This document shows, piece by piece, positions 49,601 to 62,400 of a stretch of 64,000 nt of DNA (position 1 is its first letter; each line of letters begins with the position of its first letter). This DNA is from Balanoglossus misakiensis (Eukaryota > Animalia > Hemichordata): the NCBI GenBank assembly GCA_040954595.2, contig CM082582.2, forward strand, positions 11,523,483-11,587,482, read 5' to 3'. The notes beneath the pieces are model-generated. The model was not told the DNA's origin. It saw only the letters and a list, made by a program, of their open reading frames with translations, and searched no databases. The position numbers and the translations under genes are program-made.

Positions 49601-52600
49601 TGACTGATGGTGCATGCGACGTCATAATGATGACGTGGTTTTTTTCCCACTCCGCCGCCGCCGCTGCCGCCACGGGCGGTGTCTCTCGATGACCGGTGTC
49701 GCTCATGCTGCTGCGATGATGGAGAGGCAGAGAGCAGTAACCGAATCCGCTAAACCACTCCGCCATAACACCAGACATCATCTTCTTCAGTAATCTGCTG
49801 ACGCGCTCAGTCCAACCGGGCGCCGGTCGTGTACAGCTGTTTCGAACCCCAATCTACCAGATGACGCTGAATGCGGACCAAAGGCGGTTACACTTCTCTG
49901 ACGACCAATCCTATGGACGGCGATCATTTAACTCTGTTCTGAAATAAAACCACAGGACAAAGCAAAATATTACAAATAAAGCTCTCACAAAAATATATCT
50001 CACTCTCACCGATTGCATGTTCTGTATTCCGACCTTTTAGAATCATCGCCAATTTGCCATCGAAAAATCGTATCACCTAATAGTGATTTCTTGTCAAAGT
50101 CTTGAATCTTTTCTTCTTTGAACACATATTTTTAAATCCTCGGTCTTGTTAATTGGGGCTAATTAAGTGTGCATGGCAAGAATCTCAAGTCTGCAAGGTT
50201 AAAACGCATTGCGAAGGTCATGCACAATTGAATGCCATGTGTACTGTGTGGATTGACAATGCGGAACTTTGTTTTTCCATTGAAATTGTAATCCCTTGAA
50301 ATAATTTGTTTTATTTTAATCTCATCAGGAATACTATTGTTTGATTCAATATAACTGTGGTCAGACTTCCGATATGTTTGTTTAGTAAGCCTGCATAATA
50401 CAAAGACTAGACCTTGAGTTCATTGTTTTCGCTATGGTATTATGGAGTTGTGCGGTGTCTGTCAAAATCAATCTCTTATAGGTTTAAAATACCAAATGTT
50501 TTTTAAAAACCAGAATTCTGATTTGTACAACTGGATGATGTTCTAAAATGATACAGGAGGACGCGACATTTAAGTTACCGGTCATGTGGGACAGATTGAC
50601 ATTGTTGGCTGGGTTGGGCGTAATTAACAAATATATTTTGTATCTTACACGTTGCCCTTATAAAGTTTTAATATAACGAAAGAAACGGAAAATGTGTCTT
50701 AGACAAGCTTGGCCAGCAATATGTTTAGGACAAATTTATGAAATCGAAGTTTATTAGCTATAGATGTCACCAGATGTCGAGATCGGAACCCTCATCCTGC
50801 TCGAGTGGTAATCGAATGATAAATTGTATGACCCGGTGTCTAAGTGTTTATGTCACACCGTATAAGGCTTCGGTTTGGAACATGCGGCTTTGGGACTAGC
50901 GGAAGATAGCGACGTTTGCGCACGCGTGACGTGATCATATGCAAATGTGTTCATATGTCGCGGGGTCTCCCGGATTGAGTTTCATGTATGCGTCAGACTA
51001 TGGACAGCTAAAGATGGGAGTCACAGAGAAAAGAAAACGCACTTATCGCCGGAAATTTAGACAGGAAGATAATCGATTAAGAGTCCGCGAGGTGTTTTTT
51101 GTTCATTTTGTTCCCTGGGAACATTTGATCTCCGCTAAAAATGTCAACCCTGGAATAGAATAACATATTCTAAAATGATTTCTCGTAATTGCAAACTTTT
51201 CTTTTATTGCAGGTCGGGTTTATCTCATGCTGCAATGAAATCAGAAATACCATGAAGATGAGCATTGGCATACACATGTACGTATATCTCGAGATTGTAT
51301 TCTATTTTTTACTTTTCCCATGAAAATCCAACGTGCGCACACCTTTATCCGACATTATCATTTTTCCTGAGTGTAATGAGATATCTCCGTTACTTTTAGA
51401 GTTATATTATAGTGTTTTCTCAATTTTCGATTCCAGGCGCCGACGATATGCATTCACGCGAATCTCCAATTTAGTCGTCCGGAGCACGTTCGCTTTCCCT
51501 TTTCGGGTGATATATATAAATTTCTGTCAAATTTATGTGTCATGTGTATTTGCCCACAATCTTGTACTCGGACATCCATGATATCAATGTATGCGGATCC
51601 TACATTAATGATTTAATAAAACATGATGAAAAATAAAACATCTTGGCTGATTCATTTCCGCGGAAGACAGATAACGACTATCGACTTGAACTTGTCAATA
51701 GGTGCTGAGCAAGTATGCTAAATGAAATTAAAATGCCATAAGTGATATGGGGTGCGGATACTTCCACACAGATAATCAGATAATACCTCTATTAACTACA
51801 GCTGATCTCGGATTGATTCTGACTGAACAAATTCCCGCGACTCAAACCAATATCAGATTACTTTGGAGTCAGCGCCTCTTTTGACCAGTGAGACGTTACA
51901 GTCCATCTTTTTTTAATTAATAAAAAAATGACACACATGATATTAAATTAAATTCACCAACAACGCTAGCTTGTCAACATTTATCAGCATATGTAAAGTT
52001 TAAAATTGGGGGGGGGGGAGAAATAAACAACAAGTACCATCAAAGCAAACTTATACAAAGTAATATACTGATTAAATTTACAAAGCGGGCAAAAACGAAC
52101 AATCAAGAAATATTTCAAACTAATGATACCAATCGACGAAAAAACTTGAGAAGCCTCGGATTGTGTGCACAAAAGTCAATTAAGGCGAGTAGAAGCGTCA
52201 TTCCAATCCTTATCTAGATGATCGATATGACTCCTAAAAGTGTCCCTTGGGCGGACTTCATTTGGAATAGGAAAGCTTATAGAATTTGCGCAGTGTAATG
52301 AGGATTGTGTTAAATTGACGTTAATAGCGTGAAGAAGACCATCCCGGGGATCGCGCGCGCCCACTGTTTGAAATCCGACAACGGCGTATCGATTAGAAGC
52401 GAGACAAGCATGAAATCAACATGAGGCAATCGATTAATAAAACAGCGCTACCAGGGGAAAAGCGGTTGCTCGGAGCGTGTACTTCAGGTCGTCGCGACGC
52501 CCATCGTTTGAGAAAGGCCTGTATCGTTCACTTGTGTTAAACGACCATAGAAGAGAATCTAAAACCGTCAGATTTTAAATCGACATGCGGTGCCAGGTTT

Positions 52601-53365
52601 ATGCTAGGTGGATTTCGGTTCCAGGGAGTTCAAGTTTTTTCGTTTTGTTAGGGTCCGCTCAATAATGAAAAAAAAAAACTAAGTTGGTTTACCGCGATAG
52701 TTAATGAAATAAAAAACAAAACACAATGGTGCGACAAATCAACCACGCCACGTGACGCTGCGTATCTTGGAAACCCTGGTCGTGTAAACAACGTAAACTT
52801 ATCACAAAACAGCATGCCCCACAACACAATATAGCAATTCCTGATTTATAGATTATGGAATACAATAATCAGCAGATAATTGTAGAATTAACAAAAGCCA
52901 CGAGATTTTTGCACCGACTTAGCACACAAATTCTACACTGTGGCCACCCGTTGTTTTAATATACACGGCAGGCTTGTTAAGGGCGAAGACCCTCACCCGC
53001 GCAAGTATAACAATTATTGAAATAACTAAACCAACAATCAACAATTTCATGACTGGTCTCTGGACAGAAATCATTCTATGTAGGGATGTGATTTGAAACC
53101 TCTCTTTGGATTTGGAGAAAAAGGCGTGGATACCAGACAGATCGTTCAAAACAACGACAGTATAACTGTGCTGTATTCACCACCTATATGTGAACGTTTG
53201 GCGTTCCATGGAGTAGTAAAGACAAAAAGGTAAGATCTTCAATAAGACAATAGACGAAGAAAAGGGATATTCTCCTAGTCTCATAGAAGTCAAAAGTGTG
53301 GATTTCGAGAGATTACAATTTTTTTAGCTATTTGAGTGTACATATGGAAAGTGTCAAATAAACGT

Positions 53366-53465
53366 AATGACGATTTTTCGACTTCCCGGAAGTGCAAAAT
53401 TTCTTCATTTTTTGATAAAAATCATGGGTTATAGCTCATGAAAATCATCCAGAAATGACATTTTT
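53366..53465 (-). repeat. Single diverged inverted copy of the 88-bp satellite monomer at the array boundary
   Basis: aatgacgatttttcgacttcccggaa...tttgataaaaatcatgggttatagctcatgaaaatcatccagaaatgaca is the reverse complement of the monomer with several substitutions. Confidence 0.92.
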
Positions 53466-56400
53466 GAAATTCCGGGAAGTCGAAAAATTGTCATTTCTGG
53501 GTGATTTTCATGAGCTATAACCCATGGTTTTTATCAAAAATCGACGAAATTTCGAAATTCCGGGAAGTCGAAAAATTGTCATTTCTGGGTGATTTTCATG
53601 AGCCATAACCCATGGTTTTTATCAAAAATCGACGAAATTTCGAAATTCCGGGAAGTCGAAAAATTGTCATTTCTGGGTGATTTTCATGAGCTATAACCCA
53701 TGGTTTTTATCAAAAATCGACGAAATTTCGAAATTCCGGGAAGTCGAAAAATTGTCATTTCTGGGTGATTTTCATGAGCTATAACCCATGGTTTTTATCA
53801 AAAATCGACGAAATTTCGAAATTCCGGGAAGTCGAAAAATTGTCATTTCTGGGTGATTTTCATGAGCTATAACCCATGGTTTTTATCAAAAATCGACGAA
53901 ATTTCGAAATTCCGGGAAGTCGAAAAATTGTCATTTCTGGGTGATTTTCATGAGCTATAACCCATGGTTTTTATCAAAAATCGACGAAATTTCGAAATTC
54001 CGGGAAGTCGAAAAATTGTCATTTCTGGGTGATTTTCATGAGCTATAACCCATGGTTTTTATCAAAAATCGACGAAATTTCGAAATTCCGGGAAGTCGAA
54101 AAATTGTCATTTCTGGGTGATTTTCATGAGCTATAACCCATGGTTTTTATCAAAAATCGACGAAATTTCGAAATTCCGGGAAGTCGAAAAATTGTCATTT
54201 CTGGGTGATTTTCATGAGCTATAACCCATGGTTTTATCAAAAATCGACGAAATTTCGAAATTCCGGGAAGTCGAAAAATTGTCATTTCTGGGTGATTTTC
54301 ATGAGCTATAACCCATGGTTTTTATCAAAATCGACGAAATTTCGAAATTCCGGGAAGTCGAAAAATTGTCATTTCTGGGTGATTTTCATGAGCTATAACC
54401 CATGGTTTTTATCAAAAATCGACGAAATTTCGAAATTCCGGGAAGTCGAAAAATTGTCATTTCTGGGTGATTTTCATGAGCTATAACCCATGGTTTTTAT
54501 CAAAAATCGACTAAATTTCGAAATTCCGGGAAGTCGAAAATTGTCATTTCTGGGTGATTTTCATGAGCTATAACCCATGTTTTTATCAAAAATCGACTAA
54601 ATTTCGAAATTCCGGGAAGTCGAAAAATTGTCATTTCTGGGTGATTTTCATGAGCTATAACCCATGGTTTTTATCAAAAATCGACTAAATTTCGAAATTC
54701 CGGGAAGTCGAAAATTGTCATTTCTGGGTGATTTTCATGAGCTATAACCCATGGTTTTTATCAAAATCGACGAAATTTCGAAATTCCGGGAAGTCGAAAA
54801 ATTGTCATTTCTGGGTGATTTTCATGAGCTATAACCCATGGTTTTTATCAAAAATCGACGAAATTTCGAAATTCCGGGAAGTCGAAAAATTGTCATTTCT
54901 GGGTGATTTTCATGAGCTATAACCCATGGTTTTTATCAAAAATCGACGAAATTTCGAAATTCCGGGAAGTCGAAAAATTGTCATTTCTGGGTGATTTTCA
55001 TGAGCTATAACCCATGGTTTTTATCAAAAATCGACGAAATTTCGAAATTCCGGAAGTCGAAAAATTGTCATTTCTGGGTGATTTTCATGAGCTATAACCC
55101 ATGGTTTTTATCAAAAATCGACGAAATTTCGAAATTCCGGGAAGTCGAAAAATTGTCATTTCTGGGTGATTTTCATGAGCTATAACCCATGGTTTTTATC
55201 AAAAATCGACGAAATTTCGAAATTCCGGGAAGTCGAAAAATTGTCATTTCTGGGTGATTTTCATGAGCTATAACCCATGGTTTTTATCAAAAATCGACGA
55301 AATTTCGAAATTCCGGGAAGTCGAAAAATTGTCATTTCTGGGTGATTTTCATGAGCTATAACCATGGTTTTTATCAAAAATCGACGAAATTTCGAAATTC
55401 CGGGAAGTCGAAAAATTGTCATTTCTGGGTGATTTTCATGAGCTATAACCCATGGTTTTTATCAAAAATCGACGAAATTTCGAAATTGCGGGAAGTCGAA
55501 AAATTGTCATTTCTGGGTGATTTCATGAGCTATAACCCATGGTTTTTATCAAAAATCGACGAAATTTCGAAATTGCGGGAAGTCGAAAAATTGTCATTTC
55601 TGGGTGATTTTCATGAGCTATAACCCATGGTTTTTATCAAAAATCGACGAAATTTCGAAATTGCGGGAAGTCGAAAAATTGTTATTTCTGGGTGATTTTC
55701 ATGAGCTATAACCCATGGTTTTTTATCAAAAATCGACGAAATTTCGAAATTCCGGGAAGTCGAAAAATTGTCATTTCTGGGTGATTTTCATGAGCTATAA
55801 CCCATGGTTTTTATCAAAAATCGACGAAATTTCGAAATTCCGGGAAGTCGAAAAATTGTCATTTCTGGGTGATTTTCATGAGCTATAACCCATGGTTTTT
55901 ATCAAAAATCGACGAAATTTCGAAATTCCGGGAAGTCGAAAAATTGTCATTTCTGGGTGATTTTCATGAGCTATAACCCATGGTTTTTATCAAAAATCGA
56001 CGAAATTTCGAAATTCCGGGAAGTCGAAAAATTGTCATTTCTGGGTGATTTTCATGAGCTATAACCCATGGTTTTTATCAAAAATCGACGAAATTTCGAA
56101 ATTCCGGGAAGTCGAAAAATTGTCATTTCTGGGTGATTTTCATGAGCTATAACCATGGTTTTTATCAAAAATCGACGAAATTCGAAATTCCGGGAAGTCG
56201 AAAAATTGTCATTTCTGGGTGATTTTCATGAGCTATAACCCATGGTTTTTATCAAAAATCGACGAAATTTCGAAATTCCGGGAAGTCGAAAAATTGTCAT
56301 TTCTGGGTGATTTTCATGAGCTATAACCCATGGTTTTTATCAAAAATCGACGAAATTTCGAAATTCCGGGAAGTCGAAAAATTGTCATTTCTGGGTGATT

Positions 56401-59400
56401 TTCATGAGCTATAACCCATGGTTTTTATCAAAAATCGACGAAATTTCGAAATTCCGGGAAGTCGAAAAATTGTCATTTCTGGGTGATTTTCATGAGCTAT
56501 AACCCATGGTTTTTATCAAAAATCGACGAAATTTCGAAATTCCGGGAAGTCGAAAAATTGTCATTTCTGGGTGATTTTCATGAGCTATAACCCATGGTTT
56601 TTATCAAAAATCGACGAAATTTCGAAATTCCGGGAAGTCGAAAAAATTGTCATTTCTGGGTGATTTTCATGAGCTATAACCCATGGTTTTTATCAAAAAT
56701 CGACGAAATTTCGAAATTCCGGGAAGTCGAAAAATTGTCATTTCTGGGTGATTTTCATGAGCTATAACCCATGGTTTTTATCAAAAATCGACGAAATTTC
56801 GAAATTCCGGGAAGTCGAAAAATTGTCATTTCTGGGTGATTTTCATGAGCTATAACCCATGGTTTTTATCAAAAATCGACGAAATTTCGAAATTCCGGGA
56901 AGTCGAAAAATTGTCATTTCTGGGTGATTTTCATGAGCTATAACCCATGGTTTTTATCAAAAATCGACGAAATTTCGAAATTCCGGGAAGTCGAAAAATT
57001 GTCATTTCTGGGTGATTTTCATGAGCTATTATAACCCATGGTTTTTATCAAAAATCGACGAAATTTCGAAATTCCGGGAAGTCGAAAAATTGTCATTTCT
57101 GGGTGATTTTCATGAGCTATAACCAATGGTTTTTATCAAAAATCGACGAAATTTCGAAATTCCGGGAAGTCGAAAAATTGTCATTTCTGGGTGATGTTCA
57201 TGAGCTATAACCCATGGTTTTTATCAAAAAATCGACGAAATTTCGAAATTCCGGGAAGTCGAAAAATTGTCATTTCTGGGTGATGTTCATGAGCTATAAC
57301 CCATGGTTTTTATCAAAAATCGACGAAATTTCGAAATTGCGGGAAGTCGAAAAATTGTCATTTCTGGGTGATTTTCATGAGCTATAACCCATGGTTTTTA
57401 TCAAAATCGACGAAATTTCGAAATTGCGGGAAGTCGAAAAATTGTCATTTCTGGGTGATTTTCATGAGCTATAACCCATGGTTTTTATCAAAAATCGACG
57501 AAATTTCGAAATTCCGGAAGTCGAAAAATTGTCATTTCTGGGTGATTTTCATGAGCTATAACCCATGGTTTTTATCAAAAATCGACGAAATTTCGAAATT
57601 CCGGGAAGTCGAAAAATTGTCATTTCTGGGTGATTTTCATGAGCTATAACCCATGGTTTTTATCAAAAATCGACGAAATTTCGAAATTCCGGGAAGTCGA
57701 AAAATTGTCATTTCTGGGTGATTTTCATGAGCTATAACCCATGGTTTTTATCAAAAATCGACGAAATTTCGAAATTCCGGGAAGTCGAAAAATTGTCATT
57801 TCTGGGTGATTTTCATGAGCTATAACCCATGGTTTTTATCAAAAATCGACGAAATTTCGAAATTCCGGGAAGTCGAAAAATTGTCATTTCTGGGTGATTT
57901 TCATGAGCTATAACCCATGGTTTTTATCAAAAATCGACGAAATTTCGAAATTCCGGGAAGTCGAAAAATTGTCATTTCTGGGTGATTTTCATGAGCTATA
58001 ACCCATGGTTTTTATCAAAAATCGACGAAATTTCGAAATTCCGGGAAGTCGAAAAATGGTCATTTCTGGGTGATTTTCATGAGCTATAACCCATGGTTTT
58101 TATCAAAAATCGACGAAATTTCGAAATTCCGGGAAGTCGAAAAATTGTCATTTCTGGGTGATTTTCATGAGCTATAACCCATGGTTTTTATCAAAAATCG
58201 ACGAAATTTCGAAATTCCGGGAAGTCGAAAAATTGTCATTTCTGGGTGATTTTCATGAGCTATAACCCATGGTTTTTATCAAAAATCGACGAAATTTCGA
58301 AATTCCGGGAAGTCGAAAAATTGTCATTTCTGGGTGATTTTCATGAGCTATAACCCATGGTTTTTATCAAAAATCGACGAAATTTCGAAATTCCGGGAAG
58401 TCGAAAAATTGTCATTTCTGGGTGATTTTCATGAGCTATAACCCATGGTTTTTATCAAAAATCGACGTAATTTCGAAATTCCGGGAAGTCGAAAAATTGT
58501 CATTTCTGGGTGATGATCATGAGCTATAACCCATGGTTTTTATCAAAAATCGACGAAATTTCGAAATTCCTGGAAGTCGAAAAATTGTCATTTCTGGGTG
58601 ATTTTCATGAGCTATAACCCATGGTTTTTATCAAAAATCGACGAAATTTCGAAATTCCGGGAAGTCGAAAAATTGTCATTTCTGGGTGATTTTCATGAGC
58701 TATAACCCATGGTTTTTATCAAAAATCGACGAAATTTCGAAATTCCGGGAAGTCGAAAAATTGTCATTTCTGGGTGATTTTCATGAGCTATAACCCATGG
58801 TTTTTATCAAAAATCGACGAAATTTCGAAATTCCGGGAAGTCGAAAAATTGTCATTTCTGGGTGATTTTCATGAGCTATAACCCATGGTTTTTATCAAAA
58901 ATCGACGAAATTTCGAAATTCCGGGAAGTCGAAAAATTGTCATTTCTGGGTGATTTTCATGAGCTATAACCCATGGTTTTTATCAAAAATCGACGAAATT
59001 TCGAAATTCCGGGAAGTCGAAAAATTGTCATTTCTGGGTGATTTTCATGAGCTATAACCCATGGTTTTTATCAAAAATCGACGAAATTTCGAAATTCCGG
59101 GAAGTCGAAAAATTGTCATTTCTGGGTGATTTTCATGAGCTATAACCCATGGTTTTTATCAAAAATCGACGAAATTTCGAAATTCCGGGAAGTCGAAAAA
59201 TTGTCATTTCTGGGTGATTTTCATGAGCTATAACCCATGGTTTTTATCAAAAATCGACGAAATTTCGAAATTCCGGGAAGTCGAAAAATTGTCATTTCTG
59301 GGTGATTTTCATGAGCTATAACCCATGGTTTTTATCAAAAATCGACGAAATTTCGAAATTCCGGGAAGTCGAAAAATTGTCATTTCTGGGTGATGTTCAT

Positions 59401-62400
59401 GAGCTATAACCCATGGTTTTTATCAAAAATCGACGAAATTTCGAAATTCCGGGAAGTCGAAAAATTGTCATTTCTGGGTGATGTTCATGAGCTATAACCC
59501 ATGGTTTTTATCAAAAATCGACGAAATTTCGAAATTCCGGGAAGTCGAAAAATTGTCATTTCTGGGTGATTTTCATGAGCTATAACCCATGGTTTTTATC
59601 AAAAATCGACGAAATTTCGAAATTGCGGGAAGTCGAAAAATTGTCATTTCTGGGGTGATTTTCATGAGCTATAACCCATGGTTTTTATCAAAAATCGACG
59701 AAATTTCGAAATTCCGGGAAGTCGAAAAATTGTCATTTCTGGGTGATTTTCATGAGCTATAACCCATGGTTTTTATCAAAAATCGACGAAATTTCGAAAT
59801 TCCGGGAAGTCGAAAAATTGTCATTTCTGGGTGATTTTCATGAGCTATAACCCATGGTTTTTATCAAAAATCGACGAAATTTCGAAATTCCGGGAAGTCG
59901 AAAAATTGTCATTTCTGGGTGATGTTCATGAGCTATAACCCATGGTTTTTATCAAAAATCGACGAAATTTCGAAATTCCGGGAAGTCGAAAAATTGTCAT
60001 TTCTGGGTGATGTTCATGAGCTATAACCCATGGTTTTTATCAAAAATCGACGAAATTTCGAAATTCCGGGAAGTCGAAAAATTGTCATTTCTGGGTGATG
60101 TTCATGAGCTATAACCCATGGTTTTTATCAAAAATCGACGAAATTTCGAAATTCCGGGAAGTCGAAAAATTGTCATTTCTGGGTGATGTTCATGAGCTAT
60201 AACCCATGGTTTTTATCAAAAATCGACGAAATTTCGAAATTGCGGGAAGTCGAAAAATTGTCATTTCTGGGTGATTTTCATGAGCTATAACCCATGGTTT
60301 TTATCAAAAATCGACGAAATTTCGAAATTGCGGAAGTCGAAAAATTGTCATTTCTGGGTGATTTTCATGAGCTATAACCCATGGTTTTTATCAAAAATCG
60401 ACGAAATTTCGAAATTCCGGGAAGTCGAAAAATTGTCATTTCTGGGTGATTTTCATGAGCTATAACCCATGGTTTTTATCAAAAATCGACGAAATTTCGA
60501 AATTCCGGGAAGTCGAAAAATTGTCATTTCTGGGTGATTTTCATGAGCTATAACCCATGGTTTTTATCAAAAATCGACGAAATTTCGAAATTCCGGGAAG
60601 TCGAAAAATTGTCATTTCTGGGTGATTTTCATGAGCTATAACCCATGGTTTTTATCAAAAATCGACGAAATTTCGAAATTCCGGGAAGTCGAAAAATTGT
60701 CATTTCTGGGTGATTTTCATGAGCTATAACCCATGGTTTTTATCAAAAATCGACGAAATTTCGAAATTCCGGGAAGTCGAAAAATTGTCATTTCTGGGTG
60801 ATTTTCATGAGCTATAACCCATGGTTTTTATCAAAAATCGACGAAATTTCGAAATTCCGGGAAGTCGAAAATTGTCATTTCTGGGTGATTTTCATGAGCT
60901 ATAACCCATGGTTTTTATCAAAAATCGACGAAATTTCGAAATTCCGGGAAGTCGAAAAATTGTCATTTCTGGGTGATTTTCATGAGCTATAACCCATGGT
61001 TTTTATCAAAATCGACGAAATTTCGAAATTCCGGGAAGTCGAAAAATTGTCATTTCTGGGTGATTTTCATGAGCTATAACCCATGGTTTTTATCAAAAAT
61101 CGACGAGATTTCGAAATTCCGGGAAGTCGAAAAATTGTCATTTCTGGGTGATTTTCATGAGCTATAACCCATGGTTTTTATCAAAAATCGACGAAATTTC
61201 GAAATTCCGGGAAGTCGAAAAATTGTCATTTCTGGGTGATTTTCATGAGCTATAACCCATGGTTTTTATCAAAAATCGACGAAATTTCGAAATTCCGGGA
61301 AGTCGAAAAATTGTCATTTCTGGGTGATTTTCATGAGCTATAACCCATGGTTTTTATCAAAAATCGACGAAATTTCGAAATTCCGGGAAGTCGAAAAATT
61401 GTCATTTCTGGGTGATTTTCATGAGCTATAACCCATGGTTTTTATCAAAATCGACGAAATTTCGAAATTCCGGGAAGTCGAAAAATTGTCATTTCTGGGT
61501 GATTTTCATGAGCTATAACCCATGGTTTTTATCAAAAATCGACGAAATTTCGAAATTCCGGGAAGTCGAAAAATTGTCATTTCTGGGTGATTTTCATGAG
61601 CTATAACCCATGGTTTTTATCAAAAATCGACGAAATTTCGAAATTCCGGGAAGTCGAAAAATTGTCATTTCTGGGTGATTTTCATGAGCTATAACCCATG
61701 GTTTTTATCAAAAATCGACGAAATTTCGAAATTCCGGGAAGTCGAAAAATTGTCATTTCAGGGTGATGTTCATGAGCTATAACCCATGGTTTTTATCAAA
61801 AATCGACGTAATTTCGAAATTTCCGGGAAGTCGAAAAATTGTCATTTCTGGGTGATGTTCATGAGCTATAACCCATGGTTTTTATCAAAAATCGACGAAA
61901 TTTCGAAATTCCGGGAAGTCGAAAAATTGTCATTTCTGGGTGATTTTCATGAGCTATAACCCATGGTTTTTATCAAAAATCGACGAAATTTCGAAATTCC
62001 GGGAAGTCGAAAAATTGTCATTTCTGGGTGATTTTCATGAGCTATAACCCATGGTTTTTATCAAAAATCGACGAAATTTCGAAATTCCGGGAAGTCGAAA
62101 AATTGTCATTTCTGGGTGATTTTCATGAGCTATAACCCATGGTTTTTATCAAAAATCGACGAAATTTCGAAATTGCGGGAAGTCGAAAAATTGTCATTTC
62201 TGGGTGATTTTCATGAGCTATAACCCATGGTTTTTATCAAAAATCGACGAAATTTCGAAATTCCGGGAAGTCGAAAAATTGTCATTTCTGGGTGATTTTC
62301 ATGAGCTATAACCCATGGTTTTTATCAAAAATCGACGAAATTTCGAAATTCCGGGAAGTCGAAAAATTGTCATTTCTGGGTGATTTTCATGAGCTATAAC

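Noticed and set aside
49590-49940. Terminal coding exon of a FoxF-like gene or a 63-aa poly-Ala ORF
   Set aside because: All frames after the candidate acceptor hit stops quickly and there is no FoxF C-terminal similarity.
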